This document shows, piece by piece, positions 1-11,000 of a stretch of DNA of 64,000 nt. This DNA is from Thalia democratica (lineage: Eukaryota). The position numbers and the translations under genes were made by a program. The stretch is from NCBI GenBank assembly GCA_965202585.1, contig OZ241829.1, forward strand, positions 5,146,001 through 5,210,000. The letters are read 5' to 3'. Every line of letters starts with the position of its first letter. Position 1 is the first letter of the stretch. The notes below the pieces were generated by a model. That model made no database searches, was not told where the DNA came from, and was given only the letters and a program-made list of their open reading frames with translations.

Positions 1-2287
1 TACAACTTTTTGTTATATTAAATAACTATGTTATTGTTTTTAGATACCATCTTTATACAAACAAGTTAATATGTATAAAACAGCAACTTAGTTTCAAATA
101 GCTGCTAGTTTCACTTTGTCTATATACATTTTGTTTTAATTGTGCAAAATAAAACTAAGATAATAATAAAAAGTTATTTTTATTTTGTTAAATCAAAGTC
201 ATTTAAGCTAAATATTTAAATGTTTAAAAATTTGAATAGCTCTTTACTGTTAAAAAGTCATAAACATCTAGATTTTGTTATTAAATTTTATATATTTCAA
301 TATCTACAATTTTTTTGGAGTTTTCGACAAGCTTTTTACAATATTTTAACGTTTAAAATGCTGAGGTGGTATTTTTATCTGGTATACTTAACTTTCTTAT
401 GTTTTTTAAAGTAGTTTTTTTTTAAATTGTTTTATGAAAAACACGTTAAAAATTTCGATGTTTTGTTAAATAAATATAAATTCTTAGTACTAACTTTAAA
501 ACATTGTTTTTTTTAGCTTTAAACTTTTTAAAGCTCAAAATGTTTTTGTTTAAATACTAACTATTAAAAACATTCAACTAAATAAACAGAATGTTCAAAC
601 ACATAATCTAACAATTATTCAAACAACGGAGAAACTTTTATCTTAATTGTATAAAAACAAACACATAAAATTGTAATTAATTTAGAAAAATTAATGCAAA
701 GTTGTACCTGTTGAATTATATAAGCAAGTTTCAAAAAATAATCTCATTTTAAGTTTTTGTGCAAAACTCATTATATGTTTAGAGTTATCAAATTCTTAAG
801 CTAGTATAATGTACTTTTTTTTAAACTTCTGTGAGTTCTAGTAGGTGTACAGTCTTTGTATTTTAATTTTAATACTTTCTTATAAAAGTAAAAACTGATA
901 AAAACCATTCTGGTTAACTTTAGCACTTATTACATGGTATAAAAATTAAGTTAGCTTTTTGCTTCTAAAAGTTCAATGATTTAGATAAAAAACGCTAAAA
1001 ATCAACTACCGTTAAATATACTGATTAGTAATGTAATCAGGAATTATTAGGTAAAAGAATTGTATATTAGTTGAAGAAATCTAATGATAACACTGGTAAT
1101 TTAAAGAGCTAGAGGAAACATCTTTTAGTCAAAAATAACTTGGAGTAGTAAAACTTTTAAGCAAGGTAGGTTTAGGGTTAGATAAGTTGTTTGAAAGGTT
1201 TAAGAGTTAACTATTGATAAATCATAAAAAAAAAAAATTAATTATGTGGATTTATGTCAAATAAATATAGTGAAAACTTTTCTTGTTTCTTATTGCTACA
1301 TGTCATTAATATTCTTGTATAAAATACTTTTTTATACAATTTCTTTACTTGTTTCAAAGTAAAAGATCAATAGCCAAATATCAGGATATAAACATTAAAC
1401 TAATTTCATTAGTTATAATTTCTGTTTTTACCATTTAAGTTTTTGCCTTGATAATTTTCAATAGTTTAATATTAAGATTTTGTGCAATATGTTTAATTAA
1501 AAAACAGTATCTGACCTTGGCTTGTTCATTTTCTTTTTTCAAAATCTTAAGTTAGATTTTATCAATTAAGAGTATTTTTCATCTAACTTATAGGTACTAA
1601 TTTTTATATTGTTACTACAAACGGATAGTTTTTTAAGCCTAAATGATTTTTTTTTTCAGATTGTCTATTGATTTTAACTTATCTTAAATCAGGCTGACTT
1701 AGGCTAGATAGATGTAGCTTAAGCAAGTTTTTGAAAACCAAGATGAACTTTTGCTTCCATAATCAGCAAGAATATAATCAATAAAAAGTAGATTTATTTT
1801 GCACATCTTTTTGACAAAAGGCAAGAGCTGTTTATGTTTAACACGTCATTAAATCTCGTCTGTTTTAATTGGAAGAGCCATAACATTTACCTGGATATAA
1901 ACTTGAGAGTTTTAAAACGTTAAAGTTTTATAAGTATTCGAAAAACATAGTTAACTAAGTTAAAATACAAACTGAAGTTGTATAAAAGTGATGAAGCTTA
2001 AATCCCTTTTGTTCACTGTATGTCTGTTTATAACGGCGTATTAATAAATTTAAACTGTTAGTAAGATAAAAGTACAAATAGTTGTTGTTAGATAGTTTTA
2101 CAAGTTTTTGTTTAAGGACATAAATTAGCAAAGGTTTAAATTATGTGAAATACATCGATATTAGTCATAACATCCAAAAATTATCATTTTATACTAAATT
2201 GACATATTGCTAAATAAAAAATATTTGTGTTACTTTCATTAATGTGTTATTACCTGTTATTAATTACAGCAATTTAACACAAAAAGT

Positions 2288-3137
2288 ATGACTTATGTTA
2301 AGTTGATAAAAGACGCTCAAGATTTCTTCGATCAGAACAAATGCTCTGACGCCATCCGATGCTGGGAGGAAGTTTTAAAACTGGGAAAGTCCCTAAACAG
2401 TGAAGGGTTTGGTCTTATGCTCAAGCCTTACATCAAAATGAAACAAGAATCATTGAGGCGTGTAAGATCTGGTAAGTTTCTTAAGTTTAGTTTAGTAAAA
2501 AAAAAACATATTTTTCTATATCTCAACTATACTGACGTTAAAATTTTAAACTCTAAACAATTTTGAATATTTTTAAAAATTTTGATATTCTTTTAACACT
2601 TAAAAACTATAAATATCTAAAGTCAGTGATTAGAAAACAAATATTATAATCAAAATTTAAAAGTATTTATTTGATTCAACAGGTGAAGATGATGAAGATA
2701 AACATAAGGAAGAAGTGGAACTCAGATGTAAAGAGATATTATACCACATTGATGACTACTTACTCAAAAACGAAAATCGTGTAGATCAGGCGACTTTCGA
2801 GAAGCTTTCAAGGCTCCGTGGCGAATGCTACTGTGATCTCTTCGAAGTAAAAGGCAATAGAAACACTATAGCGCGCATGTTTGGTTTTTACCTTGTGGTA
2901 AAATTTATTTGCTCTTTGCTTTATTTTATTGCTTGCAGGTCAATTCGCTTTCTTGGCAATACTTTGTCCCAGATTTGCTTGACCTTTTTTAATGCTTTTT
3001 GTCAAACTTCATCTTTTACAATAATCTATTGGCAAAAATTTTGTGCAAACTTCAAAAAGTTTTTCCAAACGTCAGAAGGAGAGCATTTGAAGGAAAACAT
3101 GCGCAAGATAGTAAATATAATCCATTTATTTGGATAA
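2288..3137 (+). CDS. T1: small TPR-like helical protein with C-terminal hydrophobic segment, 212 aa, 2 exons (2288-2471, 2683-3137)
   Basis: Donor TCT G|gtaag at 2472 and acceptor caacag|GT GAA at 2682 join two ORF-track pieces in frame (639 nt). KLIKDAQDFFDQNKCSDAIRCWEEVLKL resembles a TPR helix pair. The structure is the same in all 5 copies. The TPR assignment is by eye. Confidence 0.85.
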
Positions 3138-3813
3138 TTACTTTTTTTGTTCATTCTCGTAATATGTACTTAAACTAGAAATATTCTGTTTGTGCTTAAA
3201 AACAACTATGAATATTTTTTTTTTATTATTCTAAATAAACCTGTTAAATGATTTTTATTATGTTGTATTATTGTTTAGTCCAAACATGCTAAATCTTGGT
3301 TGAATAGACGATGAATTAGAAAAAAAAGTAATAAAAACGTCAAGTTTATCAAAATCTATAAAGCCATTGTGATATCTTTTTTTAATTCTAGTGTTTATCT
3401 AAAATATTATTTAAAAAAGTTCTGTTGAAACCAATTAAAATTATGCCACTTAAACGATAATGGTCATAAAGTTATACAAAATCTTAAAAAAACGCTCAAA
3501 ATAAAGATACCAAAGTAAAGTAACCAGTTAAAATCTATCTCTTACAGTATTATTCGCAATTGTTATAACTTCAGTCCAATCTTTAAAAAATTATTTACAC
3601 CTTAAAAATAATTTTTTTGTTCCTCAATATAAATAATCCTTAGTCATTTTGGTCGTAAATCTTTAAAAATCCGTTTTAAAATTAAAGAAAGTGATAGGCT
3701 TGCTAGACGACTTCTAAAAGAAAACAAAGTAAAACGTGATGAAGCGATTCGATGTGGTTGATTTCTAGAAAGTTTTACTAAAATTTATGTAATTTTTATG
3801 ATACAAATCAAAT

Positions 3814-3912
3814 CAGTGGTCGGCAACACGTGACCCGCATACAAACTGCGGTCCTCAAACAATAAATCTGCGGCCTGCGAGCATTTTGTTTATAGGGGGT
3901 GCTGCCGACGAA
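3814..3912. mobile_element. Truncated hAT-like DNA transposon terminal fragment (unit 1)
   Basis: Starts CAGTGGTCGGCAACACGTGACCCGC and contains repeated GCGGCC(C/T)GC motifs, as at hAT/Charlie-type element ends. No second end and no transposase seen. Confidence 0.55.
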
Positions 3913-4492
3913 TATTATTTTTTTACCCCTGTGTATTAAACAATTACGTTTTTGTTTTTAGTACTAGATAAGGTTGTAAAACATTTAGCCTAGTTTAGTA
4001 CTTTTGCAAAACTAGAATAACTTAATTTATAATTACAAAACTAAAACTAAATACTTTGCTTTTAAAATAAACATAGCCCAGCTTTTATATTGCAACTCTA
4101 AAGCTAGTTAAGATAAGAACATTTTTTTGAAAGATATAATTATATATTTTAAAATGTTAACATCTAGTCAAGTAGTAAACTACTTATATAAACAAAATAA
4201 TAATGACAAAAACACTTGATAAGCAGTGTTGGACATCGACTAGAAGGTTTTATTATTTTTGCATCAATTATCAAATCGAAAACATTTAGTTAATTTCAAA
4301 CCTTTTCATATTTGTTTACATTAAAATCACTTATATAAATGTGGCTTCAAGCAAATAACAATTCATCCGCATTAATGACATTTGATGTTAGTCGACTTTT
4401 TTGATTAAAAATATTATACAACCGCTAGTTGACGTACTTTTCTAAATGACATGTAGAAGTTAAATACCAATCACGTATCATGTTTCATTCAG

Positions 4493-5440
4493 CATGCAAT
4501 GATCATCAACTTTGCTTTGATCAGGCGGAACGTGATGTTACGCATTCGAGCATAACGAGATATGACGTATGCAGCCGAGCATAACGAGAGAGGGGAGGAA
4601 TTTTGTCGTTCGACAAGAAGCACCACCACGCCAACTTTCGATCCTTTGCCTTACTTACAACGCCGATCAAGTGTTGTCTGAGGCTTTATTACGTCACAAG
4701 TAGTGATTGCAAGCGTTCCAGAAAAGTTGTTTGCAAGCCTTGCTGGTGACTCAACTTTAGCAACGTCGACGGGGCGCATACTTCGAGTGAGTCGTTAGCG
4801 TGCCATTTAGCTTGTAGTTTGCAAGCATCGGGGCTTATAACTCGACATTAGTTTTTAACGTGCCATTGAGTTTAGAATTTATAGAATAAATTGCTTGATA
4901 TAATAACTTCTACAACCCACTACCAGCGATGACATTCCAACTGAGTCTTTGTTGAGCAACGCTTAAAACAGTGAATGTTCTTACTTTGTGTCAACTGTAT
5001 TTATCTGCCGCACTTCACGATTCAAGCGACCAATGCAACGATGCGTGATCAGCAGAAAATCTTCGACCCACGATCATCGGAGAAAACTGAATATCACTTT
5101 TAACCGGTGAAGCACAAGTATTGTTTTGTCTATTCACTTAAAAAATTAATCTTAAATCATTTATTTTGTATTGTAAATAATGAGGTACAATTCAAACAGT
5201 ATATTTAATTGTAGTTAGTTTTGAAAATTTCGTTCACTGTGAAAAGAAATTGAAATCATTTAAAGTTGGCCTCGAAGTCAATCTGCACCCTGTCGCAAAG
5301 TTATGAGCACAACCGGGGAATGCCCCGAAGCGAAGTTGAATCTAGCTACTGTCAAGGCTGCCAAGCTTGTTACAGAGGCGATTTCAAAGAAAACTAGAGA
5401 CGCAAGTAGCTTGGAGAGTATCAGCAGTGTTTCATGTTAA
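4493..5440 (+). pseudogene. GC/CpG-richer conserved module, probable decayed third gene (unit 1)
   Basis: Much GC-richer than the flanks and conserved in 4 units. Plus-strand segments 4682-4786 (GFITSQVVIASVPEKLFASLAGDSTLATSTGRILR) and 5303-5440 (MSTTGECPEAKLNLATVKAAKLVTEAISK...) show several synonymous differences between copies. Stops and indels that are not multiples of 3 break any long ORF. Confidence 0.4.
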
Positions 5441-6237
5441 ATTACAAGCTAACGTTTAGTTTTTTAGGTTATCAGAAAATAATATTAAAAGTTTAAAACA
5501 TTACGAGTATAATAAACGCATACAAAGATCAAAATAGTTAAAACAGGACTTATAATCACTTTATTTTTTTACAAGTAGCTATTAAAGCTAGGAAAATATT
5601 TTGAAGCTGTCTTACTTCTATTAATAGTGTCACAAATTTTTATTTCTAAAACGACTAGGAAAAAACGTTTTTTTTTTTAAATCTTTTCATCCCTACAAGT
5701 CGGTGGATATTTTTTGGAATTAGGAGTTGCTGTTGACTTAGTTAACTAAGATATTTTTCTTGTGTCTTTAAAACAAATTTGGTAAAACTATATTTTGTTT
5801 AGTCCTCTTGTAGTTTCAACGAGTTGAAGCTTAGCAATTTAAACGACATGTAAAAGTTAATATTCATTAAACTTAACTAAACTATAACTTTAAGGTAAGC
5901 TTATATTCATACGCAATAAATATTTTAATAGTTGTCTAACTGAATGTACACTTATTGTGAAATTTTAAATATAAATAATTTTTGAACTTTATAAATTTTC
6001 ATCTAATTTAAAATATAAATCTTTAACTTTTAATTAGTTGAAACTGCGCTGCGATTCATAGTAAACATAGACATTCAAATTTTAGTCTAGTAAATTTTAT
6101 TGATTTCGTTTCATAGTTTAGTTTAGTGTGTACACATGTTTTGTCAAGTGTTTTATTTTAGCATAGTTTTTGAAAAGCTTGGAACTACTCGTGTACGTAC
6201 TAAAGTTTCTCACTAGTTAATTTTTAATTTTCATTAC

Positions 6238-7028
6238 TATTGTTTATTGAACGAAAAAAAGCGCTCAAATATTTGGTCCAAGGACCTAATGTACGAAAAA
6301 ACCTTTCGGATATCGAGTCATAAACCAGGATAAAGTTTAAAGTCTTGTCCAGGACAATATTAAGTTATCTTCTTATAAAAAAAATTAGCTTTATATAAAC
6401 TTTAATATTTTTTCTTAACACTTAGACTATCATGTGCAAGTACAATTAAAAACATTACTGCAGCGCAATTGATGGTTAATGTTTTTTTGGTGTTAAGGTA
6501 ATTAATATTTCTCACTACAATTTTCCTTTATTTATTAAAAAACATTAACGAAAGTATTTGAAAGAAATTTAAAGCTACCTTAAAAAAATTACTTTAAACT
6601 ATAATTTGTATACGTATATGATACTTCTAGCTCATAATTTAAAATTACAGTTCAAACTACAAAAAACTAGAGACGCAAGTAGCTCGGAGAGCATCAGTAG
6701 AGTTTCATCGCTTTTTATGATAAATTACAAACTAGCGTTTAGTTTTTTAGCTTGACAGAATATCAATATTTAAAGTTTAAACATTACGAGTTTAATAAAC
6801 GCATAAAAGGGTCAAAATAGTTAAAATAGGGCTTATACTCACTTTATTTTTGGCAAGTAGCTATTAAAGCTAGAAAGATGTTGTTTGGCCGTCTTATTTC
6901 TAAAAATATTGTCACAAATTTTTATTTCTAAGAAGACTAGTGTATGACTTAGTAACCGATATGTTTTTTCGTGCTTCAGGTCTTTGGACCAAACTATTTG
7001 AGCGTTTTTTATCGGTCAATAAACAATA
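6238..7028. repeat. Fold-back element: ~85-bp imperfect inverted repeats (6238-6322 / 6943-7028) enclosing a direct duplicate (6664-6940) of 5391-5658
   Basis: Left arm TATTGTTTATTGAACGAAAAAAAGCGCTCAAATATTTGGTCCAAGG is the near reverse complement of right arm CTTTGGACCAAACTATTTGAGCGTTTTTTATCGGTCAATAAACAATA. The similarity extends inward to the GAGTCATA/TATGACT motif. Confidence 0.75.
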
Positions 7029-7992
7029 TATTTACAACTAAAATCATAAGAATTTAAAAAGACCGATTTTTATACCTATGAAAAGTTCAGATTAATTTAT
7101 AATCAAAACCGATTTGAAGTTCTAATTTTTGAATTTTGAAAGCAAAAAATAATTTGTTCCGAAAATGTATATATGTTTATATTGTTAATAAAACTGAAAG
7201 ACATACTTATTTTTTTCTATTTTTATATTAAAACTAGATTTTTAAAATAAGTATTGGAGTGTATCTAATTCAGCTAAAATATCTAAACGTTGAAAAAATT
7301 CAAAAAATTGTTTTAACTAGTGGTTAAATGTTTATTAAAAAATAAAATTAAATCCTTAGTATTAACTTTTTTAAATAGGAGAAAATAAGTTATCTCTGAA
7401 TTTAATGAACTAGTAAAAGTATTCTTTAGGTTATACTTGTAACAGTTTTTACATTGGTAACTTTTATTGTCAAAAACATAGTATATTAGTGAAGCACAAA
7501 ATAAACAAAGTTGAGATTAGTATATCTTCTTCTGTTAAGTAATCACATATTTTTATTTTCTTTCAAATAGTAAATACTCAAATAATTTTACATTTAAACA
7601 AAAATTGTTTGAATATGATGTTGAATAAGCTAATGATTTGTTTAAGAAGTTATAAAAAAACATTCAACAATTATTATATAAAAACCATTTGAAGCCTGTT
7701 TTAAAATTTAACGTATAATTAATCAAAACTTTCACGTTCAAAAGGAATAGGACTTATGTTTATATTTAAATAATCTATTATTTATAAGTAAAAATGTATA
7801 CATTTTTAAATTTTTGTATAATATTTTACGGAGGTCTATTGTTTCAATATTTAATGTTTGTTGAATAATTGATTTAGCATAAATATGACTACCTTCAATT
7901 TTCTCTAAACTGTAAAGTGTCTAAGCATACAAACATTTTTTAAAACACAGTTGATTAGGAGTTATTAAAAACCAACTTATACAGAACGTAAA

Positions 7993-7993
<1 letters not shown>

Positions 7994-8029
<36 letters not shown>

Positions 8030-8041
8030 TATATATATATT
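7994..8041. repeat. (TA)n microsatellite immediately upstream of the K1 start codon
   Basis: Direct TA run ending just before TACCAG|AAAAAAAT ATG. It is shorter at K2 and interrupted by an insertion at K4. Confidence 0.9.
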
Positions 8042-8054
8042 ACCAGAAAAAAAT

Positions 8055-11000
8055 ATGGATAAACACCATCCCCAACAATGTTCTGAGGAATTTTATGAAA
8101 ACCAACAACAAAACAGTGGTCAAGCACAAAAGAGAAGTGGTATGCTTGATGATGAAACCGCTAGTTGTAACTTAAAGAGAATTAAAAACGATTTACCTTC
8201 TCAACCTTTTGCAAACTCTCAAAATGATCAGGGTTGTGATGGCTGCATGAACCTATTGAGCTCTGACAAGAGTTCAACTAACCAGCATCAAGTAAACACG
8301 TTGCAACAAATTCCCCAGTCACGTGTTAGTCAACAGTCTCCTGCAAACTATCCATATGTGAGCATCCCTGATCAAAACCAGCCTTATGTTTCGAATTTCC
8401 CAAAAAGTTCTGTTGTTGACACTAACTACCAACTCAAACAAAATTACTTGCCTGATCGAAATCAAGCTGCTGTTTTGAAGCAGCAGCAAAAATGTTTTGA
8501 TGATTCCAACTACAATCGTCAACAACACAACATACCAACTCAAAATCAAGTTCATGATGCGACCTGTCAACAGCAAAGTGTTGATTATGCTACAAACTAT
8601 AGACACCAACATACAAACGTAGTTAACAATCCGATGACGCAACAGCAAAACTTTCAGGGATATCATGATCCGGGAAACAACTTTCAGAACTTCTCACAGA
8701 AGTATACGCATTCAACAAACCAGCAAAACCAGTTTAAAATAAAAGGAAATCATTCTCAGGGATATGACATCCAAAACTTAAGTTTACACGAATATATGTA
8801 TCATCAGTCTAGTATGTCAGTTCCCCAGTCGGTTGTTAATTCACAACAACCAGTTTATCAGTCGATTGTTAACTCTCAACAACCAATTCCTCAGTCGATT
8901 GTTAACTCAGAAATACCAAGTCCTCAGTCGATTGTTAACTCACAACAACCAGTTTATCAGTCGATTGTTAACTTCCAGCAACCAATTAATCAGTCGATTT
9001 TTAACTTCCAACAACCAGCTAATCAGTTGATTGTTAACTTCCAGCAACCAATTTATCAGTCGATTTTTAACTTCCAACAACCAGCTAATCAGTTGATTAT
9101 TAACTTCCAGCAACCAATTTATCAGTCGATTGTTAACCCACAACAGCTTCTTTCAGCAACGAATAAAATGCTGAACTTTGAAAACGATCCTTCGTATAAA
9201 TTACGAAACGATTTTGATCAGCACTACACAACTGGGAGGAGTATTTACAAGGATGATGTGCGAGAAATACTTACAGGTTATAAAAATATGTTTAAATATT
9301 TAAAAGAAGTTAAAATCCTTAAAACTATAAGTAAGCATATATAAACATATTTACATTTATTATTCGTTTTTATGCTTTTCAATGATTTTTTTTAAATACC
9401 AATATTTATTTAAAGTTTTTATTTTAGTTTCATAACTTATACTCTTACATTTGACAATATACTTAACATCAAAACATTCATATTAGTATGATTTTACGGC
9501 TCGTATACTTAAAGGTTAGTCTAAGCTGAAAAAAGAAGTTTTTTTTTTTGTAGTTTTTATTTTTAAGTTTTCAAATTTAATTTTTTTGATTATTTTTTAT
9601 TATGTTTGGGTAAAATTAAAAATAAAAAACTAAAAAAAGATTTAAAATAATTTACTGACCCATCTTTTATTCAGATTTTTTTCAGCTCAGACTGGTCTTT
9701 TAGTACACTTTCTTTTTTGATTTTACTAAAATGCGTTTCAAATCATGCAACTATATATTTTACCAATTTTAAGTTTTTTAATAAGCATTTTGTACCTGAA
9801 TTATTTTTTAAGGTACCCACATAAAAAATGGAGTTAAAGTAAGAGTGAAACATGTGGAATTTGGACAGTATAAATCCCACATGGAAATTCATTGTGGAAA
9901 ACACATTCCAATTGAAGTCTTAATGCACTGGAAAGCTATACACGATGAAGATAAGAACCTGGAAAGCAAAGGTTTATACAGATACGTTTTAATATTTGTT
10001 TTTATATAACAAACTGTTCTAGTTACGTAGGATAATACTATTACTATATATTTTTTGGTAGATTGCAATAAACAATATCTAGAGTATTTACTAACGTGTA
10101 GTCATAGCATTTTAAAAACATTAATTTGCTTTGGTTGTTTATTTAGTAGTTGATATTACAAATTTTTTATAAAAGTCTGCTTGATGTACTGAACTCAATT
10201 ACAATTTTAAAAAGTTTAGTTTCTACATTTCTTTAAATAAAAAGTTTTTAGATCATTATAAAGAAAACATTTTATAAAGTGTTTATATTTTATTTCGACA
10301 ATTTTTACTTCAAGTTAAAGATTTAAAAAGACTTATAAATAGTTTTCAAGTAGTGTTTCAATCCTAATAATAGTAATTTAAAAAATGAAATGTGCTTATG
10401 AATTATAATATGAATTTTTTGTTTTCTTACTTTAAGATAGTATTGCTATATTAAAAGAGCATAGGTTTTGCTAACGTGGCAAGAAAAAAAAAACTATGCT
10501 GTTTTATTTAAAAATGCTTGTAGCTGTTTTAATTTTAGGCATCGTTGAGATGTACGACTTTTTTGTAAAGGATCAGAAACATTATACGATAGTTACCGAA
10601 GAAAGTGAAGGATTTTGTACTTTAAAGAATTTGTAGAAAAACATGGTGTAATGAGTGAAAATACTGCAAAAATTATATTCTTCAAGGTGTGTTAAGATTT
10701 ATTAGAAAATGTTGGTTTTATGCGAATAGTTTTTTGTTAGCCTTTTAAGTAATGTTTATTACCTTATTAAAAACTATATAATTTACAGTATGGTATTCTT
10801 TAATTACTTTACAAAAGCTAGTGAAAACCTGTAAGGGCTTATGTAAGTCAGGGCTCTAAAAAAAAAATTATTAAATTTAAATACTTTCCAAACTTCTACT
10901 AACATACAATAACCGTTAACTAAATATAAAGTAGTTTTAGATATCTCCCTTTTTAGTTTGAGTATTATTTTGGACTAAGAAAATATAACAAATGTAAGCA

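Noticed and set aside
220-414. Short hydrophobic ORFs in spacers (220-414, 13366-13596, 30432-30641, 34771-34965, 47469-47666, 48237-48470, 51439-51696)
   Set aside because: Low-complexity F/L/I/K/N-rich translations typical of AT-rich non-coding DNA; not open in the homologous spacers of other units.
8319-9143. Antisense and alternate-frame ORFs over kinase exon 1 (MISLKVLL..., MLTHNNQF..., MWVNNRLINW...) and equivalents in K2-K4
   Set aside because: Shadow ORFs expected from a Q/N-rich region and a 33-bp repeat; their lengths vary between copies and they have no independent gene signals.
8826-9155. 33-bp regularly spaced repeats as a CRISPR array
   Set aside because: Units are contiguous with no unique spacers, are a multiple of 3, lie inside an open exon of a spliced gene, and there are no cas genes.
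8055-9344. The 429-aa ORF ending SKHI* (and its paralogs) as a complete single-exon gene
   Set aside because: The end of the ORF is the start of a kinase N-lobe that continues in phase through five downstream GT-AG exons; the stop lies in intron 1.
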